13,323 nucleotides of DNA from a virus. This document shows, in pieces, positions 1 through 7,312 of this stretch. The position numbers and the translations under genes were made by a program. The stretch is taken from IMG/VR virus record IMGVR_UViG_3300030381_000139, positions 1 through 13,323 of that record. One strand, given 5' to 3'. The number at the start of each line of letters is the position of its first letter. Positions within the stretch are counted from its first letter, which is position 1. The notes under the pieces are model-generated. The model searched no databases and was not told the origin of the DNA. It saw only the letters and a program-made list of their open reading frames with translations.

Positions 1-38
1 AAAGTACCCCGTCCTCGATAGCAAGCAAGGTGATTTCC

Positions 39-127
39 CACTTTAGCGTAGTAAAGTGCTAAAGTGCTAAAGCGATAAAGCAAGACAGCACTGCTTTAGT
101 ATGCTAAAGTGCTAAAGTGGTGAAGTG
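39..127 (+). repeat. 8-bp periodic CTAAAGTG-type repeat clusters in the left terminus
   Basis: Tandem 8-mers: gtaaagtg 51-58, ctaaagtg 59-66, ctaaagcg 67-74, ataaagca 75-82, ctaaagtg 104-111, ctaaagtg 112-119, gtgaagtg 120-127. Inverted copies: cactttag 39-46 and tgctttag 92-99. Confidence 0.8.
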
Positions 128-200
128 AGTACAAATAATTGGACAGATAATGAGTACAAATAATTGGACAGATAAAGTGTACAAATAATTGGACTAATAG
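127..200 (+). repeat. Three tandem direct repeats of about 25 bp (GAGTACAAATAATTGGACAGATAAT), present only at the left end
   Basis: Units at 127-151, 152-176 (one mismatch) and 177-200 (degenerate). The right ITR has only a single diverged remnant, gagtgcaaataaaaaataa. Confidence 0.85.
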
Positions 201-302
201 AAAATAAAAAATAATACCCTTACGCGATAAAGAGCAAAAATATTTAGTTAAATAGAATTAACAAATACATAAAAGAAAAATATAATGTTTACAAATTATT
301 CA

Positions 303-331
303 TTGACAATGGGGGTGTAGTGTGGTATACT
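303..331 (+). promoter_or_regulatory. Left-ITR sigma-A type promoter with extended -10
   Basis: TTGACA at 303-308, a 17-nt spacer, TG at 323-324, and TATACT at 326-331. It faces inward toward the 424 and 572 genes. Confidence 0.7.
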
Positions 332-340
332 ATATATAGA

Positions 341-374
341 GTTAAGGGAGAGGACAAGAAAAGAAAACCTTAAC
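341..374 (+). promoter_or_regulatory. 5' leader hairpin with a purine-rich loop containing an orphan SD-like GGGAGAGGA
   Basis: gttaagg 341-347 pairs with ccttaac 368-374, with a 20-nt loop gagaggacaagaaaagaaaa. It starts a few nt after the predicted TSS, and no start codon follows the SD-like run. Confidence 0.5.
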
Positions 375-388
375 GAACAAAATTTTAA

Positions 389-406
389 AGTTGCAACGTG
401 GCAACA
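389..406. promoter_or_regulatory. GTTGCAAC-doublet palindrome, variant AGTTGCAACGTGGCAACA
   Basis: Read directly. It ends 17 nt upstream of the ATG at 424, just 5' of the RBS. Confidence 0.85.
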
Positions 407-423
407 GAAAGGAAATGATTATA

Positions 424-570
424 ATGAGAATTAGAGTAATTCAATATGTGGACGGTTTTATAAAATATGATGAGGTTTATGAGGGATTCACATATGATGA
501 GTTAAAGCGTGAAATGGACGAGCTTAAAGGTGAGGCATTTGACTATTATGAAATGGAAATAGGTGAGTAA
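424..570 (+). CDS. Hypothetical small acidic protein (48 aa), the first gene after the left-ITR promoter
   Basis: Translated by hand: MRIRVIQYVDGFIKYDEVYEGFTYDELKREMDELKGEAFDYYEMEIGE. An RBS-like GAAAGGA lies about 10 nt upstream. An in-frame alternative ATG sits at 415. The ORF is below the track's size cut-off. It has 14 acidic and 6 basic residues. Confidence 0.5.
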   Translation: MRIRVIQYVDGFIKYDEVYEGFTYDELKREMDELKGEAFDYYEMEIGE

Positions 571-571
571 C

Positions 572-841
572 ATGAAAATTAATGGTACAGAGGTTAAGGG
601 TATTAAAAAAGCTATAGGTGAATGGAATAAAGATAATACAAATAAAGTTATAATTTATTCACAAGTTCGGTATGAAGTTATAGTAAAATCAAAAAAATTT
701 TATGATAGAGTTATTAATAAAATATACGGAGCTGATTGTTTGTTTGTTGATTTAACTGCTATAATTAGTGATGTGTATCCACCAAATTATAAAATATCTA
801 TGGTAACAATTCAAGCAGTATTAAGAGAATATGTTTTATAA
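572..841 (+). CDS. Hypothetical protein (89 aa from the ATG at 572)
   Basis: This is track ORF 563-841. The ATG at 572 is preceded by AGGTGAG (561-567), so it is preferred over the GTG at 563. A terminator hairpin follows immediately. I recognise no motif. Confidence 0.6.
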   Translation: MKINGTEVKGIKKAIGEWNKDNTNKVIIYSQVRYEVIVKSKKFYDRVINKIYGADCLFVDLTAIISDVYPPNYKISMVTIQAVLREYVL

Positions 842-880
842 AAATATCCCTCGTGAGAAAAAAACTCACGAGGGATATTT
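842..880. terminator. Bidirectional intrinsic terminator between the convergent plus- and minus-strand units
   Basis: A perfect 16-bp stem (aaatatccctcgtgag 842-857 with ctcacgagggatattt 865-880) and an aaaaaaa loop. The flanks are A/T-rich on both sides, so both strands read a hairpin followed by a U-rich tail. Confidence 0.8.
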
Positions 881-1971
881 TACGCTCTTATGCTGATAGT
901 GTGTTTACTTTGTGCATTTATCCAGTTTCTAACAATTTCACCTACTGAATTATCTGCATAGAATACACGATTAAATGTTATTAAATTATTAATAAGTTTA
1001 TGCACGTCTGTTGGCTGTTCTGCTAATGATTGAACGTGTAAGGGGTTTGTATCAGTTTCAAAACTGTATACAACCCTCTTTTTTAATTCGAGGTTTTCCG
1101 TCTTTGTCTGAATATTAAAAAATAGAAATACAGTATTTTCATAATGGATAATATTACAAGCAATAATATCATTGTCAAAGAATATGTAAGCTCTATATAC
1201 AATATTTTCCTTTTTAATTTTAAATGGTGCATGAGGGTAATTCTTAATTTCCCATTGCCCCGTGGTTATCATTTTCAATTGTGGATTATCAAAAGCAAAA
1301 TATTTACTAACTTTTCCAGTCTGTCCTTTGCTGTCTGAGTATTCAAGAGCGAGTGTTAATTCGCTGTCACCATATGTAAATAATTTCAAGTCACCCTGTT
1401 TAATGTCTGAAATTTTACCTAAACCCATTTCGGCAAAGTACGGGCAATACTGGTTTACTGTATTTGCTATCATGTAAATAATAGTGTTATCCCTATCACG
1501 AATAATTGATGATAGCAAGTTAGTAAATGTAACAAATTCATTATTAAGATAAAAAGAACGGGTCATAAATTCGTCAAATAGTATATATTTAAAGTAGCCG
1601 TTGTCTGCACCCTTTGTGCGTTCCCATGCGTTTAGGGAAAAACACTTACAAATACTTTGTTCACTTTTTTCTTCGGTATTTGTATTATATAGGTAAAATT
1701 CTCTATTTTTGTATGTAGTGCTGTTAAACTGACCATTGGATAGTTTTTCAATTAATGCTGAATGTGGTTTAAACAAATTTTGGATATTTTTCGGCATAAT
1801 TTCCTCATCGTATCTTCTAATATATGCCAATCTAAAATTATTTTTGAAATATCCTTCTATTTCCTGTTTACATACTGCGTATGTTTTACCGTTTGAACGC
1901 TGTCCTATAATTAAATTGTATAGTGCGTTTAACTTATTAATCTTTTTTAGTGAATAGTATTCATTTTTCAT
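880..1971 (-). CDS. DNA encapsidation (packaging) ATPase, phi29 gp16-like
   Basis: Walker A IIGQRSNGKTYA, AYIRRY, and Walker B YILFDEF. These match the remembered gp16 layout (VIGARGIGKSYA, IYVRRY, IVFDEF). The start is trimmed to the ATG at 1971 (MKNEYY), which has a GGGAG RBS. It overlaps the polymerase 3' end by 11 nt. Confidence 0.85.
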   Translation of the reverse strand: MKNEYYSLKKINKLNALYNLIIGQRSNGKTYAVCKQEIEGYFKNNFRLAYIRRYDEEIMPKNIQNLFKPHSALIEKLSNGQFNSTTYKNREFYLYNTNTEEKSEQSICKCFSLNAWERTKGADNGYFKYILFDEFMTRSFYLNNEFVTFTNLLSSIIRDRDNTIIYMIANTVNQYCPYFAEMGLGKISDIKQGDLKLFTYGDSELTLALEYSDSKGQTGKVSKYFAFDNPQLKMITTGQWEIKNYPHAPFKIKKENIVYRAYIFFDNDIIACNIIHYENTVFLFFNIQTKTENLELKKRVVYSFETDTNPLHVQSLAEQPTDVHKLINNLITFNRVFYADNSVGEIVRNWINAQSKHTISIRA

Positions 1972-4099
1972 TAAAATCACACTCCCAGAAATTTGTAGCC
2001 AATTCTTGGCTTTTCTCAAATAATGTATGCTCTTTTGCACCGTTACCGAAATTTGTACCACACATTAAATAATATATGAATTGTTCGGATAGTGCCATGT
2101 TATAATCCTGTTCTTCCATGTGTATATAGGTATTTTCTGCCACTTCGGCATAATTTCCCATATAATCTTTTAATACAATTTTGTAGGGGTCATTAATATA
2201 TGTTAATGTATTTTTTCCAGTATATTCTTTAGGTATATACATTTCATTGTCAAAAAATTCAAACGGTTGCAACGTTGCAACTATGTACGGAACGGCACAT
2301 TTTTTATTTAGTCCTGAAACTGTAATATTAAATTTCCCGTCTTGCTCATAAGCGTAACGTTTTGCACCTAATGTCTTAAATTTTGAATAAACTCCCTCAA
2401 AATCCCACACCCCTAAAGGTTTTTCAATGCCTTTAATGGTTTTAGGTTTAGCTAAATTCAAATCAATTTCATAATAGGTCAATGCTTTGTTAATCTCGTC
2501 AATACAATTTTTGTTATATTCATTTATCCAGTTTTCATAATTTTCATAGTTTAAAAATTTTATGCTATCTGTGTCGCAATAAATAACATCGTCATTAATT
2601 TTCAATATACCTTTAAAGAGTTCGTGTCTAGCCCATGCAGTAATCCACACACCCCACTGATATACTAATACTTGTTTTTTATTCTTTATATAATTTTCTT
2701 GTAATGCTTCTGTAATATCTTTCTTTTCCGTGTTCCATTCTTCACCATTAAAAACAATATCATCATTAACGGGGTTGGTCACACACATTCCGAACAAACT
2801 ATTTAACATACCTTTGCCAATTAAATATTCAACTTCTTTTCCCACCACACCTTTTAATGTAGTCTTATCATTGTAAAATTTTAACGCACATTCTATAATT
2901 TGTTTTGGCAAATATCCATAACTTGACGTGTAAAATTTGCCAATTGACAAATGTTCATAAGAATAAAATTGCTCAAAATCCTTAAAATCAATATCCGTAA
3001 AATATGTAAATATCCTATCTGCCGATACAATTCGTCCATTATCAACAACAGCATTATCACAAACAGAACATTTTGAACGTGATATAATATGATTACATTT
3101 TTTAGCAGTGACATTAGTTAATTCAACCTCAAAAACACATGGATAATTTTTAATACAATATCTAAAATCTGCTAAATCTTTTATGTGAGTTTTTGTAAAT
3201 GGTTGCATTGGATATTTTTTTCTTATCATAACAGAGGGATAAGAACTTGTAAAATCGATACTGGCAACATTTTCCAGCACCATTCCTACATACATATAAT
3301 TCGCATGAGTATATCCACCCATGAAACTTTTGTGCAACAGACAAAACAAATCTTTATCAATTGGGGCTATCTTCTTAATTTTTTCTCTATATTTTGGATA
3401 ATATGTATGTTTCTTAATGTAGTTTTGGCAATATTTTCTTACATATCCTGTTTTAGTTAATGGTATTTTTGTTATATCATTATCATTTTTTGCCATTTCT
3501 TCAAGTATAAAATAATGTAATATTTTAACATCATGTTCACAATATCCTAGTTCTTCTTTTGTTAGTGGAGTTTTCCATGTTCTTACAAGTTTATAATTCA
3601 AATCACCTGTTAATTTTTGTATTTTTACGCTTGTCAAGTCTTCCGCTGTTTTTGCCAAATTCATTCCGCTAAGCATTAAACTACATTTCAGGTCAAAACA
3701 ATCATTCATAGTACATTTAATAGGGTGACGTGCATTTCTAGCGAAAACATCTTTGAACCGTTCATGGCCGATTAGAAACTGGAACTCATATCCTAAATTG
3801 TGAATATATATTATAATTCTTCTGTATTCATTTAATTGTAATACTTCTTTTAACTTATTCAATGTAAAGTCGAAATCTTCCCATGTTCTACCATATACAT
3901 AATTTCCATTTAATGCAAACATAAAAATGTACATACACGCTCTTTTGTTTTCACCGTCATAAAATGACGAAGTTTCAATGTCAAACGCAAAAGGGGCGTT
4001 ATAATATTCTATATACTGGTTATCCCTTGTTTTTGTTGTAACAGTTTGTAAATTACTATTTTTAAGAATGTTAAAATCAAAATCATTCACATTTATCAA
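1961..4099 (-). CDS. Family B DNA polymerase, protein-primed type
   Basis: ExoI FDIETSS, ExoII IHNLGYEFQF, ExoIII YCEHDVKIL, motif A DFTSSYPS, motif B KGMLNSLFG, motif C YCDTDSIKF, and KxY GAKRYAY. The start codon at 4099 is TTG, with AAGGGGTG 6 nt upstream. No ATG is available before ExoI. Confidence 0.93.
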   Translation of the reverse strand: MINVNDFDFNILKNSNLQTVTTKTRDNQYIEYYNAPFAFDIETSSFYDGENKRACMYIFMFALNGNYVYGRTWEDFDFTLNKLKEVLQLNEYRRIIIYIHNLGYEFQFLIGHERFKDVFARNARHPIKCTMNDCFDLKCSLMLSGMNLAKTAEDLTSVKIQKLTGDLNYKLVRTWKTPLTKEELGYCEHDVKILHYFILEEMAKNDNDITKIPLTKTGYVRKYCQNYIKKHTYYPKYREKIKKIAPIDKDLFCLLHKSFMGGYTHANYMYVGMVLENVASIDFTSSYPSVMIRKKYPMQPFTKTHIKDLADFRYCIKNYPCVFEVELTNVTAKKCNHIISRSKCSVCDNAVVDNGRIVSADRIFTYFTDIDFKDFEQFYSYEHLSIGKFYTSSYGYLPKQIIECALKFYNDKTTLKGVVGKEVEYLIGKGMLNSLFGMCVTNPVNDDIVFNGEEWNTEKKDITEALQENYIKNKKQVLVYQWGVWITAWARHELFKGILKINDDVIYCDTDSIKFLNYENYENWINEYNKNCIDEINKALTYYEIDLNLAKPKTIKGIEKPLGVWDFEGVYSKFKTLGAKRYAYEQDGKFNITVSGLNKKCAVPYIVATLQPFEFFDNEMYIPKEYTGKNTLTYINDPYKIVLKDYMGNYAEVAENTYIHMEEQDYNMALSEQFIYYLMCGTNFGNGAKEHTLFEKSQELATNFWECDFNEK
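2265..2282. promoter_or_regulatory. GTTGCAAC-doublet palindrome, GGTTGCAACGTTGCAACT, embedded in the DNA polymerase gene
   Basis: Read directly. It encodes VATLQP in the polymerase frame and lies 293 nt upstream of the ATPase start. Confidence 0.8.
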
Positions 4100-4120
4100 C
4101 TATTACACCCCTTTACAAAT

Positions 4121-4138
4121 AGTTGCAACGTTGCAACT
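4121..4138. promoter_or_regulatory. Perfect palindrome AGTTGCAACGTTGCAACT upstream of the DNA polymerase gene
   Basis: Read directly. It lies 21 nt upstream of the polymerase TTG start and overlaps the stop codon of the 183-aa gene. Confidence 0.9.
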
Positions 4139-4688
4139 ATTTTAATGTTTGTAAAAAATTTCGCATTAAGTCATTCATGTCGCTTTCAGTTTTTGCTGAT
4201 TTTTCAAGTGTGTCTAATACTGCATTAATTTCATCATCATTAAACCCTTTTGTTACCATATCACGCACAAACGTTTGAGCCGAATCACTATTAGATAGCT
4301 GTTTTAAAATAGCATTATCTCCATAAAATTCTAGTACACGGTCAACAGTCTCATCTTCAATTTCCAGCCGTAAGGCGTGTTTATGAATAATTTTTTTTGT
4401 GTCAGCCACACTCGTCTGTTGACCTAAAAACTGTCTAATCTGTACATAATGTTTTAACAACTCTGCACGATTTTCGCCTTTCGTGCCTGTTTTAAAAAAG
4501 TTCTTTTTAGTCGAAAATTTGTTCTCTTTTAGAAATGTATTCCATTTCGCCATAATTATAGGGTTTTTCTTGTAATACCCACTTTTTTTCAATTGGCTAA
4601 GGCGTAAATTTGCTTTACGCCCTTGCCTTAAAATCTCCGCTTTCAATTGCTCATTTGTTAAACCGCTTGCAAAATGTTCATTCATCAT
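4137..4688 (-). CDS. Hypothetical 183-aa protein, a positional candidate for the terminal protein
   Basis: It lies immediately upstream of the polymerase, as gene 3 does in phi29. The N-terminal half is basic (RQGRKANLRLSQLKKSGYYKK) and the C-terminal part is acidic (DDEINAVLDTLEKSAKTESDMNDL). I see no recognisable sequence similarity. Confidence 0.3.
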   Translation of the reverse strand: MMNEHFASGLTNEQLKAEILRQGRKANLRLSQLKKSGYYKKNPIIMAKWNTFLKENKFSTKKNFFKTGTKGENRAELLKHYVQIRQFLGQQTSVADTKKIIHKHALRLEIEDETVDRVLEFYGDNAILKQLSNSDSAQTFVRDMVTKGFNDDEINAVLDTLEKSAKTESDMNDLMRNFLQTLK

Positions 4689-6772
4689 ACAAATACACCA
4701 CCTTGTAACATATTTACTATATATTGTCTTTCACTGTCCGTACATCTGAAATTAATTTCAGGATTGCTAACAACTGTAAACCCCTTAAAATCTGATAGTT
4801 TTCCAGTTTTTTCACATGCAAAACCTATGGTTCTTCCGTAATTATCAGGTACATTTAAAATCGGTCTGTCAATTATGAAATAACAATGTTGAGGTTGCCA
4901 CGTTGCAACCGACGGAGAACTTGCACTCGCCTCTTGGTAATTAGTACCAGTTGCAAAGCCACTGTATAATTTTTCTGCACTGCTAACCATACCGCCAACA
5001 TTTCCGCTAGCGATTGACGATACACCACCAACAGCACCACCGACTACATTTCCAATAACTGTACTAGCATAACTAGCACTGTCGTTTCCAGTCATTGGAA
5101 TCGATACACCTACTACTCCATTTCTGTAAATAAAAGGTATATCGTCTTTAAATACTATGGCAGTTCCTGCACCTGTGGTATAGTCAACTATCATTTTAAC
5201 CGATATTCTATGCCCCATAAATTCAGCCGTTGAAACTGGTACAACCCCGATATATGGTATATATAATTGTGCTGTTGTGTATGGTTCGTAATCTAGGAAA
5301 TTTTTGAATTTAGTAAAAAATGTGCATTCACCTAAATCAATTAAACTGTTTACTTTTTCTGTTAATTTGATACCTGATACCCCTGTATCAGTTCTGCCAA
5401 TAACGATATTTTCTGCCCTTGTAGCAGAATTTTTCAAAGCAACGTTAAACGGAAAAAGTCGTAAGTCAATAATACCATTCATGGGGTTTTCGCCCATTAA
5501 TGCTAAACCTTTTACAATTTCTTGAAATTTAGTTTCGTCAGCATTCCACAAAAAATCAGCTAAATTTTTTACAGTATTTGCATTAACTGCAAAACTCCGA
5601 TTGAAAACATTTACATTAGACAGTGTAGGTTTATTCAAATCTATTTTGTCGGTGTAGTTATTCGGGTCTGTATTACTGATACCATTAAATGGATTATCCT
5701 GCCAATCTGTAGGAGTATCCCACGTTGTTTGAATTTGTTTTGCATTTTCTGCGCCCTCAGAATACTTCCCTGTAATTTTTCCGTCGTCTGATATAATACC
5801 GCAATATATACCATTTTGGTTTAGATTTTCCTGCTTTGCTAAATTTGCCGAAAATGTGTAATATGTTCCCATTCTGCTATATAATTTATGAATGTTTTCG
5901 ATACTATAATCAAAAACTGGTAAATATCCCGTATACACGTCACTACCAATAGCGAAATATATTTTATTCCACAAATCAATAAAACCTAAATTCGCATAGT
6001 AATAAGTATAAGTATTAAAATAATTAACGTTTAAATCCTCACACCCATAAATAAATGTGTTCAAAATAGCGTGGTCTCCGTCTGAACTGCCAAAAAATAG
6101 TGCTCCGTAAATGTCATAATTATCCACTATAGAATTTTTTGAATATGTGCAAAACGGTATTATATTAAAACCTTGACAGCGTTGTCTGTCACCAATCTCC
6201 GCTCTAAAATAATATGGAAGTGCGTATATCCCTACGATATGATGTGTATTTTTATATGTGGTTTCAAATGTTTGTACGTCTACGTCAATTCTATCACTAA
6301 ATGACGATACGTCACCCATATCAGAATATTCAAATCTATACGCTATCACTCGAACCAAAAAAAGAAAATCTTTTAATTTATACTCAGTGCCAAAATAATA
6401 GCCTAAATTATCACTCTTGGTACTATCATATGCCATTCTATAATATGTAGTCTTAGTTTGGTTAGCAATTACGGGGCGATTTTGTAATGTATCTTCAGTA
6501 TTTAATCTGCCAAACATAGCGCATACACCGCTCGGAGCATTTGTGCCCTTTACAAATTCAGATTGATGAGGTTTATTATATCCACTTCGCACAAAATAAT
6601 CGTCAGGGGGGTTAAAATCAACCGCATAAAAAATCGTTTCATCAATGGGGTTGTTTAATTGTAATTTACCATTATCAATTAATTCTTTCATTGACTGTGT
6701 GGTTTTTATTCCTTTTAGATACTCTAATGATATACTCCTATCACTGGAATAAATTTCTTTATTTAACTTCAT
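4685..6772 (-). CDS. Tail knob / distal tail tube protein candidate, phi29 gp9-like
   Basis: A 695-aa protein in the structural block. It has a Gly/Ala/Ser/Val-rich hydrophobic stretch (VIGNVVGGAVGGVSSIASGNVGGMVSS) followed by a C-terminal domain. This resembles the remembered gp9 arrangement (GGGISAGASAAGGSALGMASS, then about 110 aa). Confidence 0.55.
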   Translation of the reverse strand: MKLNKEIYSSDRSISLEYLKGIKTTQSMKELIDNGKLQLNNPIDETIFYAVDFNPPDDYFVRSGYNKPHQSEFVKGTNAPSGVCAMFGRLNTEDTLQNRPVIANQTKTTYYRMAYDSTKSDNLGYYFGTEYKLKDFLFLVRVIAYRFEYSDMGDVSSFSDRIDVDVQTFETTYKNTHHIVGIYALPYYFRAEIGDRQRCQGFNIIPFCTYSKNSIVDNYDIYGALFFGSSDGDHAILNTFIYGCEDLNVNYFNTYTYYYANLGFIDLWNKIYFAIGSDVYTGYLPVFDYSIENIHKLYSRMGTYYTFSANLAKQENLNQNGIYCGIISDDGKITGKYSEGAENAKQIQTTWDTPTDWQDNPFNGISNTDPNNYTDKIDLNKPTLSNVNVFNRSFAVNANTVKNLADFLWNADETKFQEIVKGLALMGENPMNGIIDLRLFPFNVALKNSATRAENIVIGRTDTGVSGIKLTEKVNSLIDLGECTFFTKFKNFLDYEPYTTAQLYIPYIGVVPVSTAEFMGHRISVKMIVDYTTGAGTAIVFKDDIPFIYRNGVVGVSIPMTGNDSASYASTVIGNVVGGAVGGVSSIASGNVGGMVSSAEKLYSGFATGTNYQEASASSPSVATWQPQHCYFIIDRPILNVPDNYGRTIGFACEKTGKLSDFKGFTVVSNPEINFRCTDSERQYIVNMLQGGVFV
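4893..4910. promoter_or_regulatory. GTTGCAAC-doublet palindrome variant GGTTGCCACGTTGCAACC, embedded in the tail-knob gene
   Basis: Read directly. It encodes VATWQP and lies 204 nt upstream of the 183-aa gene start. Confidence 0.75.
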
Positions 6773-7269
6773 ATGTTTAAACCCCCATTTTCTGCTGTTC
6801 CTTGATTACTTCCGCCACCTGCCACATTTAGCACAAAATTGTAACTATTTACCGTGGCACTGTCAAGATTAAAATCTCCCCCAGTAAATTCAATTACTTT
6901 CATTTCCTTATTACCTTTTAATGGTAACATTGTATCAGGGATATATGTGCTTCCAATATTTTCATTTCTAGTTACTAGAAATTCACTAGATAGCAATGCG
7001 GTTGAATAGGTAAATATATCAAATTCACATTGTAAAATAATAGTTTCTGCACTCTCAACGTCTGCCGAAATTATATGATAAAACCTATCAAAAAATGGTA
7101 TATATGTCATATTTGCGTTAAACGTTTCAGACGTACAAAATAATCTTATACGGGGTGTAAAACTGTTCATAGTATCCAATATTTCACAATTATACTCAAC
7201 TGCGTTTGTTACTGTTTTTTGAATAGTTCGTACATCTTGCGAACATTGATACGTTGTTATAATTGGCAT
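6769..7269 (-). CDS. Hypothetical virion protein (166 aa), possibly tail-tube or collar-associated
   Basis: It sits between the capsid and knob genes, with an ATGA overlap onto the knob gene. The segment MTYIPFFDRFYHIISADVESAETIILQCEFDIFTY loosely resembles the N-terminal pattern of phi29 tail-tube proteins as I remember it. Confidence 0.3.
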   Translation of the reverse strand: MPIITTYQCSQDVRTIQKTVTNAVEYNCEILDTMNSFTPRIRLFCTSETFNANMTYIPFFDRFYHIISADVESAETIILQCEFDIFTYSTALLSSEFLVTRNENIGSTYIPDTMLPLKGNKEMKVIEFTGGDFNLDSATVNSYNFVLNVAGGGSNQGTAENGGLNI

Positions 7270-7288
7270 TTTTTTCTCTCCTCAATAT

Positions 7289-7306
7289 AGTTGCAACGTT
7301 GCAACT
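7289..7306. promoter_or_regulatory. Perfect palindrome AGTTGCAACGTTGCAACT upstream of the 166-aa gene
   Basis: Read directly. It lies 19 nt upstream of the ATG at 7269. Confidence 0.9.
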
Positions 7307-7312
7307 TTTTAG

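Larger units (their letters stand above)
1..406. repeat. Left inverted terminal repeat. The outer core 1-90 is near-identical to the right end. Looser homology continues through the promoter, leader hairpin and palindrome, interrupted by a left-specific insertion at about 127-200.
   Basis: The reverse complement of 13234-13323 equals 1-90 except for one mismatch (pos 37 c vs 13287 a). Blocks 201-308, 315-374 and 381-406 also realign with the right end. The window starts with AAAGTA and ends with TACTTT. Confidence 0.9.

Noticed and set aside
200-300. An outward-facing promoter in the ITR that could transcribe the terminal repeats, as for the phi29 pRNA.
   Set aside because: Only weak matches were found, for example TTGTAA-17-TATGTA on the outward strand. 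There is no extended -10, so this is not reported as a feature.
563-571. The GTG start at 563 for the second plus-strand gene.
   Set aside because: The GTG lies within the AGGTGAG Shine-Dalgarno-like sequence that is correctly spaced for the ATG at 572.
2893-3344. Minus-strand alternative-frame ORFs 2893-3114 and 3162-3344 inside the polymerase gene.
   Set aside because: They are out of frame within a gene whose main frame carries all family-B polymerase motifs. They have no RBS and implausible composition.
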